From Citrobacter phage Shae_phiSM: a DNA stretch of 36,753 nt. The stretch lies in the sequence record OR565851; one strand, written 5' to 3'. Below the pieces are notes generated by a model. That model was not told the DNA's origin. It did no database searches and saw only the letters and a program-made list of their open reading frames with translations. Below, piece by piece: positions 18,252 to 26,701 of the stretch. Made by a program: the position numbers and the translations under genes. Numbering within the stretch: position 1 is the first letter of the stretch; each line of letters starts with the position of its first letter.

Positions 18252-18575
18252 TTATTCATCTCCCTTTTGGGTTATGCGGTTAAAGGCGGCAATGATCTTG
18301 TCGCGTGCTTTTTCTGCGCCCATAAAACCGATAGATGCGCCGAAAAACGTCACGGCATCTTCAGGAACTCCGAAGAAGCGCAACGACCCGGCCACGGCCA
18401 TGGCAAGAACGCCGCACGCCAGCGATCCCGTTACGGTCTGAACCAGCGTTCGTCCGTCATAAAGACTCATCAGCGCGGAAATGCTGACCGCCGCGCCTGC
18501 TGCATACACCGCTGGCAGGTGGTCAAAGAGCCACGCAATAACCTGCTCTGTGATCCCTGTTTGAATGGTGCTCAC
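18252..18575 (-). CDS. holin
   Basis: ORF 18252..18794 trimmed to GTG at 18575 (SD GGGGAGAG upstream; 18576+ overlaps gpX); about 107 aa with 2-3 predicted TM helices and a charged C-terminus. Confidence 0.65.
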   Translation of the reverse strand: MSTIQTGITEQVIAWLFDHLPAVYAAGAAVSISALMSLYDGRTLVQTVTGSLACGVLAMAVAGSLRFFGVPEDAVTFFGASIGFMGAEKARDKIIAAFNRITQKGDE

Positions 18576-18577
18576 TA

Positions 18578-18778
18578 CTACTCTCCCCACAACTGAATCA
18601 TTTCTCGTTTCTTCTTCTCCGGCTCCGGCATCTCCACGTCCTGCCCGGCGTCCAGAAATACCTGCTGACAGAGTCCGGGGTTGGCATCCAGCACCTTTTC
18701 GGTGACGCCCTGCGTCGTGCCGTAGTACCGGAAACAGAGCGAATCCACGGTGTCGCCTTCCAGTGCCTTCACTTTCAT
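18578..18778 (-). CDS. X: tail protein X
   Basis: MKVKALEGDTVDSLCFRYYG...VLDANPGL... is P2 gpX-like; its ATG overlaps the gpL stop by 1 nt. Confidence 0.8.
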   Translation of the reverse strand: MKVKALEGDTVDSLCFRYYGTTQGVTEKVLDANPGLCQQVFLDAGQDVEMPEPEKKKREMIQLWGE

Positions 18779-19281
18779 CAGCACAACTCCGCAAAGATTC
18801 GCGGGCGGCACAGAATGTCAGAGATGGCCCAGCTCACATCGCGCCACAAATCCGATGTCTGTATATCCAGTGCGTCCGCCCGGCGGTCGCCCTTGTCCGT
18901 TGTGTCCGCATCGCGGTAACGCTCCAGAATCAGGGCGCGTGTGGCGGTATAAACAGCATTGCGCCAGTGCCAGAGATTGACGCTTTCTCCGTTAATTACG
19001 GGTGCCGGAACATCGGCCAGCGTCTGATGGCCAGCCGCCTGCTGTTCCTGCTGCCATGCTTCCAGCTCGCGGGTAACGTGTGCCACAGCCCCGGTGGCGG
19101 TATGCAGCAGGCGGGAGGTGGTCACACGTCCCGGCAGTCGTACCGCCAGACGCAGCTCACGCAGCACAATATCCGGCCAGAATGCACCCGCTGAAATACG
19201 GGTATCACCATCATCGGTATCGGTGATGTCGTCCTCTGCGGGTCTGGGGTTGGTTCTGGCAACCATACTCATGGGGTTCAC
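18778..19281 (-). CDS. L: head completion/stabilisation protein L
   Basis: 167-aa ORF with SD AGGAGTG, directly downstream of M. Confidence 0.8.
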   Translation of the reverse strand: MNPMSMVARTNPRPAEDDITDTDDGDTRISAGAFWPDIVLRELRLAVRLPGRVTTSRLLHTATGAVAHVTRELEAWQQEQQAAGHQTLADVPAPVINGESVNLWHWRNAVYTATRALILERYRDADTTDKGDRRADALDIQTSDLWRDVSWAISDILCRPRIFAELC

Positions 19282-19374
19282 TCCTGAAAAAAATCGGGCG
19301 GTGGGTGCGCGGTGTAAACGGTCACGGAGTCAGACCGGAACACCGCGTACGCCGCCCGCTGACGGGGTCAGTCG

Positions 19375-20175
19375 TTAACCGCGCTTCGCCTTCTGCGTCG
19401 CGGTGGTTTTTCGTGTTGCAGGCTTCCGCGTTGTCTTTTTACTTTTGCTGCTTTCGTCCTGCGCCTGCTGTGCGCTGGCGTCTTCTGGTGCGGCTGCGGA
19501 ATCGGCTTTTTTCAGGGCGCGGGAAAGGGTTGCAATCTCGCGTTTCACACCTGCGTTCGGGTTCAGGTGCATCGCTTCGCGCAGCAGCTTCAGTGATAAG
19601 GCCATGTTGTCTGCATCGGTCAGACCACGACGGGCAAAGGCGCACGCCTTGCATAATTTGGCGCGTACTTCGTCCGGCATATCCTGGTCTGTGACAATCT
19701 CCCGGAGGATGTCCAGTGGTTCGATAAAGGCGGACAAATCCGCGTCGGCATCCGTCCCGGCCTGCGTCAGCACCGGGTTGCAGATTTCTTCGGTCAGCAC
19801 TGTGGCAGCAGTACGGCCAAAGTTATCCGGCATGATGAGGTTGTGACGGACCACATACGCACCAATACGCAACGCCAGCGGAAGATCGCCGCAGTCAATC
19901 GCCCACACCATCAGCGTGGCAATCACTTCATCCTGCTGCCCGCCGTCAGCCTCCAGCGTTCCCTCAATCCAGCCGGAAAAATCCGGCAACAACTCTTTTT
20001 TGATGGCGGCTTTCGCGCTTCTGGCCTGTACGCCCTTAAGCCGGGCCTGTGCCAGACGCAGACGATACAGCACCTCTTCATGCGCGGTACGCGCGGCGTG
20101 GTCCACGCCTTCATTCGCCCGGCCTGCGCGCTGTGCCATCACGTTCTGCCAGTGTTGCTGTGCAGGAGTAATCAT
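19375..20175 (-). CDS. M: terminase endonuclease (small) subunit M
   Basis: 266-aa ORF with SD GGAGAG, basic C-terminal tail, gpM position. Confidence 0.8.
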   Translation of the reverse strand: MITPAQQHWQNVMAQRAGRANEGVDHAARTAHEEVLYRLRLAQARLKGVQARSAKAAIKKELLPDFSGWIEGTLEADGGQQDEVIATLMVWAIDCGDLPLALRIGAYVVRHNLIMPDNFGRTAATVLTEEICNPVLTQAGTDADADLSAFIEPLDILREIVTDQDMPDEVRAKLCKACAFARRGLTDADNMALSLKLLREAMHLNPNAGVKREIATLSRALKKADSAAAPEDASAQQAQDESSKSKKTTRKPATRKTTATQKAKRG

Positions 20176-20220
20176 TTGTTCTCTCCGTTACTGGCGGGCA
20201 TGATGCCCGCCGTGAGTTGA

Positions 20221-21273
20221 TTAGCTGTCGGCGAACTTCAGGCCAGTGACCATCGCGCACTTGCCATAGTCTTCAACGACATAAGCGTCATTGATGGACT
20301 GGTAGGTGGCGATGCGGTTGTATTCCGGCTCGTCTTTCATCAGGCGACGCATTGAACCTTTCTGCCAGTAAATCGACAGGTTGTTGAACGAGGTGATCAG
20401 CATCGTTGCATCCGGGAAGAACGGCGCAAGGAACACGCCCAGCCCGCCAATGGTGCGCGATGACAGGATGAGCTGCCCGGCAAGTAATTCCGCATTGGGA
20501 TTCTGGCCGCTGATGCTGTTCAGCACGGGCAGACGCAGCGAGTTAAACAGGTTGCGCCCCATAATCACCACAAGGTCGTCAGCTTCCTTGTGCCATTCAT
20601 CCAGCAGGGATGAACGCGCGTCCTGTACCAGTGCATCAGCGTTCGCATACTTACCCGCGTGCGCCACGGTGTTGTCCATGTTGCGGGAGGTCAGCGTCAC
20701 GTCATTCATAACGCGTTCGCTGGCGTCGGTTCTGATGTGCTCCAGCCATCCCACGTTAACGTCCTGAAGCAGCTTGTTGGTGCTGAAGTTGGACTCATCC
20801 GCGTGAGACGTGCCGTTGAAACCGATCATGATGCGGTCAAGCGCCACCTGTCGGGCAATCTGTGCGCTGATGCGGGACTGAAAATCAGGATGTGCCGCCC
20901 AGGCATCAAGCTGCGGATATGAAATAAACGTGTCGTAGTTCACCTGTTCGCACTGGTATTTGCGGTTTTTCAGATCAACCACGTTATTCGGGTTACGGCG
21001 TTTTGTGCCGTCATAACTGGTATTCGTGCGTGCAATTGGCCCGGTGGTGTCCAGGAGGATTTTTTCGCCTTTCTGGTCGGTCACGCCGATCACGTTAATT
21101 CTTTTCGTAAATTCGGTGCTTTCCTTTGAGGCGTTTTCAAAACGCTGCTGCACCGAGGGTTCCACGGTAAATCGCGATACCAGTGCGGAAACCGGAATAT
21201 TATTAAGCGACGCCTGCTGCGCCATATAGCAACCCAGCTTGTTGCGGGTAATATCTGACATCACCAGATTCAT
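20221..21273 (-). CDS. N: major capsid protein N
   Basis: 350-aa ORF; ...FTVEPSV... and overall P2 gpN-like. Confidence 0.9.
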   Translation of the reverse strand: MNLVMSDITRNKLGCYMAQQASLNNIPVSALVSRFTVEPSVQQRFENASKESTEFTKRINVIGVTDQKGEKILLDTTGPIARTNTSYDGTKRRNPNNVVDLKNRKYQCEQVNYDTFISYPQLDAWAAHPDFQSRISAQIARQVALDRIMIGFNGTSHADESNFSTNKLLQDVNVGWLEHIRTDASERVMNDVTLTSRNMDNTVAHAGKYANADALVQDARSSLLDEWHKEADDLVVIMGRNLFNSLRLPVLNSISGQNPNAELLAGQLILSSRTIGGLGVFLAPFFPDATMLITSFNNLSIYWQKGSMRRLMKDEPEYNRIATYQSINDAYVVEDYGKCAMVTGLKFADS

Positions 21274-21296
21274 AAAAAATTTGCTCCTTTGTCTTA

Positions 21297-22133
21297 TCAG
21301 AAGTCAGCCAGCTGGTCGGAGGCTGCACCTGTTGTGGTGAACCGGTTCTGCGGATCGCCGTCCTGCGTGCGCAGTTTTTCCTTCAGTGCTGCCAGCTCTG
21401 TGGTCAGTGACGTAATTTTCTGGCTGTCCTGCTGATGGCGGGTTTCCAGCACATTAAAACGGTCGATAATGTCGGCCTGTGACGTTGCGACGCCTTCCAC
21501 CGCTTCCTGAATACGGGAAAAACTGGCGTCATCCGCTTTGCGGCCACGGCCAATAATCCCCATTACGCGGTTAAACCACTGGGTGCCTTCTTCCTGGCGT
21601 TGTTCTGCCATTTCGATGATTTCAGACTCGATGGCTTCGGAAATGAGCGGTGCTTCACCCTGGACACTGTTGAACGTCATCACCGCCTGACGTTGCTGTG
21701 CCGTGAATTTCAGGCGCTCAGTGCCCAGGCTTGCCGGGGTGTCGGTCATCGCCAGCCCGACCAGATAGGCGCGCCCGTTAACGGAGAACTGCGGGTGCAG
21801 TTCGATACTGGAATAGATTTTCTTGCCGTCCGCGACAAGCTGCTTCATGCGCTCGGTCGGTTCGATTTCTGCATACAGCGCAGTACGTCCGGCCAGCGGA
21901 CCTTCCGTAATGTCTTCCGTACTCAGTGCGGTGACATCGCCCATTGCGGAAAATTCGCTTGACGGGCATGGCGAGAGATAGTGCTCAACGTTCACGCGGG
22001 CAGCGTAAACATCCGGGTTGAAGTTCTCGGCGGCTTCACGCAGATGTACCGGGCTGATTTCGCGGCCATCAACAGTTGATCCGGAGACAGCCACGCGAAA
22101 CTTTTTGCGGGATGTCTTTTTTTCATTAGCCAT
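21297..22133 (-). CDS. O: capsid scaffolding protein O
   Basis: ORF trimmed to ATG 22133 (MANEKKTSRKKFR..., SD GAGGGG); gpO-like. Confidence 0.85.
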   Translation of the reverse strand: MANEKKTSRKKFRVAVSGSTVDGREISPVHLREAAENFNPDVYAARVNVEHYLSPCPSSEFSAMGDVTALSTEDITEGPLAGRTALYAEIEPTERMKQLVADGKKIYSSIELHPQFSVNGRAYLVGLAMTDTPASLGTERLKFTAQQRQAVMTFNSVQGEAPLISEAIESEIIEMAEQRQEEGTQWFNRVMGIIGRGRKADDASFSRIQEAVEGVATSQADIIDRFNVLETRHQQDSQKITSLTTELAALKEKLRTQDGDPQNRFTTTGAASDQLADF

Positions 22134-22287
22134 AGTTTTTGCCCCTCTGACTGGTTCTTCAGTCATGATGGCAAAGCGTAACAGGCTGATACAAAGGGCT
22201 TTTGTTGTAAGAAAACGGCCAGAACAGGGGGTTAAGGAGAACGGTTTCGCGCGCGGGTAATCTTCCTGTAATTACTCAGGGGGAGCA
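22134..22287. promoter_or_regulatory. divergent late promoter region between O and P
   Basis: 154-bp gap between divergent capsid and terminase operons, as at P2 P_O/P_P; no motif confirmed by eye. Confidence 0.35.
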
Positions 22288-24039
22288 ATGATTCAGGACG
22301 CTTTTGTGCGCCAGCGTGCGCGGCAACTTTACTGGCAGGGTTATCCGCCCGCAGAAATATCACGTCTGATGGGAATAAACCCGAACACGATTTATGCGTG
22401 GAAAAAACGCGACCAGTGGGATGAAACGCCACCCGTGCAGCGTGTCACGCAGTCCATCGATGCGCGCCTCATCCAGCTTACTGAAAAACAGAATAAAACA
22501 GGCGGTGACTTTAAGGAAATAGACCTGCTGACCCGGCAGCTTAAAAAGCTGCATGATGGCCAGCCGGATGTGATGGCCGCAGGAAAGAAAGGCCGGGCGA
22601 AAAAACTCAAAAATCATTTCACGCCGGAACAGATTGCCGCACTGCGGGAAAAAATCATCAGCAGGCTGGAGTGGCATCAGCGGGGCTGGTTTGACTCCCT
22701 GACACTTTGCAGGGAAGCCGGGATACGTAACAGGATGATCCTGAAATCCCGACAGATTGGGGCGACCTGGTATTTTGCACAGGAAGCTCTGCTGATGGCG
22801 CTGCGTGACGATGTGGCGCAACCTTACCAGCGTAACCAGATTTTTTTGTCTGCGTCGCGTCGTCAGGCGTTCCAGTTTAAAAGCATTATTCAGAAGGCCG
22901 CGGCTGAAGTTGATGTGGAGCTGAAAGGGGGCGATAAAATCATCCTCTCCAACGGCGCAGAGCTGCATTTTCTCGGCACTTCTGCTGCGTCGGCACAGTC
23001 CTATACGGGCAATTTTTATTTTGATGAATTTTTCTGGGTCAGTCGCTTTGCTGAACTGCGCAAGGTGGCTGGCGCTATGGCAACCCTCAGCGGACTGCGG
23101 CGCACCTACTTCTCCACGCCATCCACCGAAACGCACGAGGCATACGCCTACTGGAACGGCGACCGCTGGAACGAGAAAAAGGCCTCGCATAAACGCCAGC
23201 GTTTTTCTGTGGACTGGAAAACGCTGCATAACGGGCTTATCTGCCCTGACCGGACGTGGCGGCAAATTGTCACGCTGGAAGATGTGGTTAATCACGGCTG
23301 GAAACACACCGATATCGACGAAATTCGTGATGAAAACACCGAAGACGAGTTCCTCAATCTCTATATGTGTGAGTTTGTCCGCGAAGGGGAATCGGCATTT
23401 AACCTGAATATCCTGATTGGCTGCGGTGTTGACGGATACGACGACTGGAAAGACTGGAAACCTTTTGCTCCCCGCCCGATGGGGAATCGTCCGGTATGGA
23501 TTGGGTATGACGCAAACGGCAGCAGTGGCAACGGCGACAGCGGCGCTGTGTCCGTGGTGGTTCCTCCGTCTGTTCCTGGTGGCCGTTTTCGAACGGTGGA
23601 GACGCGACGCGTTCAGGGGCTGGAGTTTGAAGAACAGGCCAGAGTCATTGAAGAGTTCACGTGTCGCTACAACGTGGAACACATCGGCATTGATGTGACG
23701 GGCGGGAACGGGGAGGCTGTTTATCAGATAGTGAAACGGTTTTTCCCTGCCGCTATTCCGTACACCTTCACGCTGTCATCAAAACGGTCGCTGGTACTGA
23801 AAATGCTGCAAATAATGCGTGCCGGGCGGTGGGAATACGATCGCGCCGAACGCGAGCTGGTCGCGGCCTTTAACGCCGTGCGTAAGGTGAAAACACCGGG
23901 CGGCTTTATCACTTACGAAACGGACCGCGCGAGGGGGATCAGCCACGGCGACCTTGCGTGGGCAACCATGCTTGCTGTCATTAACGAACCAATTGGCGGC
24001 GAAGGAGAAAACGAGCGTTTCACGGTTATGGAGTTCTGA
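22288..24039 (+). CDS. P: terminase ATPase (large) subunit P
   Basis: 583-aa ORF with SD AGGGGGAG; gpP-like. Confidence 0.9.
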   Translation: MIQDAFVRQRARQLYWQGYPPAEISRLMGINPNTIYAWKKRDQWDETPPVQRVTQSIDARLIQLTEKQNKTGGDFKEIDLLTRQLKKLHDGQPDVMAAGKKGRAKKLKNHFTPEQIAALREKIISRLEWHQRGWFDSLTLCREAGIRNRMILKSRQIGATWYFAQEALLMALRDDVAQPYQRNQIFLSASRRQAFQFKSIIQKAAAEVDVELKGGDKIILSNGAELHFLGTSAASAQSYTGNFYFDEFFWVSRFAELRKVAGAMATLSGLRRTYFSTPSTETHEAYAYWNGDRWNEKKASHKRQRFSVDWKTLHNGLICPDRTWRQIVTLEDVVNHGWKHTDIDEIRDENTEDEFLNLYMCEFVREGESAFNLNILIGCGVDGYDDWKDWKPFAPRPMGNRPVWIGYDANGSSGNGDSGAVSVVVPPSVPGGRFRTVETRRVQGLEFEEQARVIEEFTCRYNVEHIGIDVTGGNGEAVYQIVKRFFPAAIPYTFTLSSKRSLVLKMLQIMRAGRWEYDRAERELVAAFNAVRKVKTPGGFITYETDRARGISHGDLAWATMLAVINEPIGGEGENERFTVMEF

Positions 24040-25085
24040 TGAGCAGAAAAAATAAAAAAGTGCGCATGAGTTCACGCATTGATCTCGCTGATGCGCTCAG
24101 GAAAGAATCGTCTCTCAGTGCATTCACATTTGATGGTCCTTATCGCCTGACCGGGCATGATTTGCTGGACAATATGTACTGTGCTGATAACGGGCGGTGG
24201 TATGAAACCCCGGTGGACTGGTACGGTCTGGCAAGAGCCGCCCGGCAAACGTCCTGGCATCAGTCTGCGCTTTACTTTAAGCGCAATGTATTGCTCGGTT
24301 GCTATATTCCGCACCCGCTGCTTTCCCGGCAGGATTTCTCGGCGCTGGCGCTGGACTGGTTTGTGTTCGGTAACGCATTCCTTGAGCTTCGGAGCAATAT
24401 GCTCGGCGAACCGCTTAAATTACGGCACGCCCTGGCGAAATACATGCGACGCGGAAGTGATCTTGAATCATGGTGGTATGTGCAGGATGGCAAGGATGCG
24501 TTTCAGTTTCGCCCTGGCAAAGTGTGCCACCTGATGAATCCGGATATTAACCAGGAAATCTACGGCATGCCGGAATATCTCGGCGCATTACTCTCGGCCA
24601 GCCTGTCTCATTCGGCGGACATGTTCAGAAAACTGTACTACGACAATGGATCCCACGCCGGGTGCATTATCTACATCGGTGCAGCGCAGGTAAACCGCGA
24701 AAGCATGGACTCCCTGAAAGAAACGTTACAGGGTGCACGTGGTGGTGGTGCGTTTAAAAATGTGCTCATTCATGCGCCCAACGGGGGCAAAGAGGGGGTG
24801 CAAATTTTGCCGTTCCAGCAGATCACCGCAAAGGATGAGTTCATGAATGTTAAGGCGGCATCCCGTGATGATGTGCTGGCTGCGCACCGCGTTCCGCCGC
24901 AACTGATGGGGGCGATGCCGGGTGAAAAAAGTGCGTTTGGTGATGTGGAGAAGGCCGCGCGGGTTTACGCAATTAACGAGCTGATGCCCGTCATGGAGGC
25001 CATGAAGCACATCAATGACTGGCTTGGCGAAGAGGTGATCCGCTTTAACCCTTACGCACTGTTAGACACCCAGCCCACATCCTGA
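24039..25085 (+). CDS. Q: portal protein Q
   Basis: 348-aa ORF, ATGA overlap with P; gpQ-like. Confidence 0.9.
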   Translation: MSRKNKKVRMSSRIDLADALRKESSLSAFTFDGPYRLTGHDLLDNMYCADNGRWYETPVDWYGLARAARQTSWHQSALYFKRNVLLGCYIPHPLLSRQDFSALALDWFVFGNAFLELRSNMLGEPLKLRHALAKYMRRGSDLESWWYVQDGKDAFQFRPGKVCHLMNPDINQEIYGMPEYLGALLSASLSHSADMFRKLYYDNGSHAGCIIYIGAAQVNRESMDSLKETLQGARGGGAFKNVLIHAPNGGKEGVQILPFQQITAKDEFMNVKAASRDDVLAAHRVPPQLMGAMPGEKSAFGDVEKAARVYAINELMPVMEAMKHINDWLGEEVIRFNPYALLDTQPTS

Positions 25086-25112
25086 CGCGCTTCGCTTGTC
25101 TGCTGCTTCGCC

Positions 25113-25135
25113 GGGGCATAAAAAATTTATGCCCC
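25113..25135. repeat. hairpin downstream of Q (terminator or packaging-region element)
   Basis: ggggcataaa-aaa-tttatgcccc, 10-bp perfect stem; no following T-run. Confidence 0.35.
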
Positions 25136-25509
25136 GACTCTCCAGCTCCTGTATCAATCAGATAATTTCACGACGCCTTCCAGTATATCGCCACCATCGA
25201 CGGTCAGACTCTTACGCAATCCCACCGCGTTGACTGTATTTTCTCGCCGCCTCAGTGCGATTTTGACGGCCTTACCTTTCACCCCATCAAATCAAAAGCC
25301 CTCACGTCTTTTTCACGCTCAGCGTGAGAAATATGGACATTCTGTTGTGTCGCTGCGACATCGCTCAGGGAATGCTATTTACCTCCTGAAACGCGGGCTG
25401 TTCCCCCGTCACCTGCGCGCAGAAAAAACGCGTTTTTTTGTGCACGCACGGATCCTTGACGGATCCAGCCGCCACGCGGGCCGGAAGGGCAAAAAGTCGT
25501 TCAAAAAAA

Positions 25510-25536
25510 TTGTGCAAATTTGTGCACTATTGTGCA
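25510..25536. repeat. three direct repeats of TTGTGCA at exact 10-bp spacing (iteron/operator-like)
   Basis: ttgtgcaaat ttgtgcacta ttgtgcag; helical phasing suggests a regulator binding site; lies upstream of a TTGACA -35-like hexamer at 25557-25562. Confidence 0.5.
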
Positions 25537-25695
25537 GTCAGAAAATGGCCATATATTTGACATGCGGGTTAGCTTTGCGTTAATTTGGATTGACTAAAAA
25601 TTTCAGTGAATCGGGCGAAGTGGATCTGTAAACACAAAATCCCGGTTAACTAAGTAACGTTAATCTAAGAACATGTTTGAAGCGGAGGGGTTAAT

Positions 25696-25731
25696 ATGAA
25701 AAAAGTGTTTGATGAATTTGATGGTTTCTAA
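25696..25731 (+). CDS. 11-codon leader ORF (MKKVFDEFDGF)
   Basis: ATG 6 nt after SD GGAGGGG, stop TAA; ends 20 nt before a terminator hairpin that abuts the downstream gene. Confidence 0.45.
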   Translation: MKKVFDEFDGF

Positions 25732-25750
25732 ATGCGTTAACCTCTATGAG

Positions 25751-25776
25751 GCGGAGAGTCTATCTCCGCCTTTTTT
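25751..25776 (+). terminator. intrinsic terminator/attenuator just upstream of the hotspot membrane-protein gene
   Basis: gcggaga-gtcta-tctccgc followed by TTTTTT; T-tract ends 15 nt before the ATG at 25792, with SD AAGGA in between. Confidence 0.6.
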
Positions 25777-25791
25777 ATGGGTGAAGGAAAG

Positions 25792-26295
25792 ATGACTCTG
25801 GATTCAACAGCGATACAAATCATTAGTAACGTGATAGTCCTGTTTGGCGTCATAGTTGCTATCTGCACGATTATCTATAACATTCGTACAGCCAAAAAAA
25901 CACAGACTGCTAATTTTTTATTTGAAAGTCGCCAGGACAAAGAATACCTGGAATCGCTACATCTTCTCAGACGCATTCATCGTTCAGGAAAATCGTTTCG
26001 TGCTTATGTCTTTCCCTGTGAAGGCGGGGTGATTACGGAAGAAGAGATGACTGAACGTCGCAAATTCCAGTACATTCTTAACTTTTATGAGAGAGTGGCC
26101 GTAAGTATCCGTGAAGGGATTTACGATGAAAGGATGATTAAGCGAACATCCTTTACAACGGTCGTTACGACTTATGATATTGCGGAACCCCTGATTAAAG
26201 CCATCAGAGAGGATACCCAATCAAAAACGGCTTACCAGGAATTTGAGTGGTTGGTGAAGAGATGGAAAGCCAGGCCACTTGAGAAAGATGTGTAG
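25792..26295 (+). CDS. membrane-anchored protein of unknown function (one N-terminal TM helix plus ~130-aa cytoplasmic domain); candidate defence/exclusion cargo
   Basis: ORF 25777..26295 trimmed to the ATG at 25792 (SD AAGGA); TM helix IQIISNVIVLFGVIVAICTIIYNI; about 40% GC; sits where P2 carries old/tin between gene A and the packaging genes. Confidence 0.7.
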   Translation: MTLDSTAIQIISNVIVLFGVIVAICTIIYNIRTAKKTQTANFLFESRQDKEYLESLHLLRRIHRSGKSFRAYVFPCEGGVITEEEMTERRKFQYILNFYERVAVSIREGIYDERMIKRTSFTTVVTTYDIAEPLIKAIREDTQSKTAYQEFEWLVKRWKARPLEKDV

Positions 26296-26316
26296 ATCTT
26301 CTGATTGGTTGTATTG

Positions 26317-26356
26317 GAACGGGGTGCATAGTGCTTTGCACCCCGTTCTTTATGTT
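26317..26356 (+). terminator. rho-independent terminator after the membrane-protein gene
   Basis: gaacggggtgca-tagtgctt-tgcaccccgttc, 12-bp stem, followed by tttatgtt. Confidence 0.65.
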
Positions 26357-26385
26357 GTGAGATGGGATATCGGGGCGAATACGTG

Positions 26386-26697
26386 TTATTCGGGAAATAA
26401 CGCCCGGATATTTCCGGCCATCTGACAGGTTATCTGTGCGGTTGGTGCTGGTTGTGATACGGGGCGTTCTGTCCTGGTTTGCGTCAGGGATAACGCTTCA
26501 TCGTCAGCCCATGCAGCCAGTCGGTAAGCCTCTGCCGGATTCATTTTCAGAAGTGCCAGCCCTGCCAGAAAAGCCACGCGTTGGCCACTTTTGCGGGCTT
26601 CTGGTGTAAGGCTGTCCAGCCAGGCGCATGCTTCGCCTTCGTTCTTGACGGCGGCGGGCTTCAGATAGAAACTTATCCGTCTGGTTGGTGTCGTCAT
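26386..26697 (-). CDS. parR: ParR-like centromere-binding adaptor (ribbon-helix-helix)
   Basis: ORF trimmed to ATG 26697 (SD AAGGAG); RRISFYLKPAAVKNEGEACAWLDSLTPEARKSGQRVAFLAGLALL resembles the plasmid R1 ParR N-terminus as I recall it; directly downstream of the parM-like gene. Confidence 0.65.
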   Translation of the reverse strand: MTTPTRRISFYLKPAAVKNEGEACAWLDSLTPEARKSGQRVAFLAGLALLKMNPAEAYRLAAWADDEALSLTQTRTERPVSQPAPTAQITCQMAGNIRALFPE

Positions 26698-26701
26698 TGG
26701 T

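Noticed and set aside
22360-23682. 440-aa minus-strand ORF antisense to terminase P
   Set aside because: Shadow ORF within a confident, well-conserved gene.
25230-25583. 117-aa plus-strand ORF in the presumed cos region
   Set aside because: Spans palindromes and direct repeats; no RBS; basic low-complexity translation; more likely regulatory or packaging DNA.
25777-25791. ATG at 25777 as start of the hotspot membrane protein
   Set aside because: This ATG directly abuts the terminator T-tract and has no SD; the ATG at 25792 has AAGGA at proper spacing, so I placed the start there.
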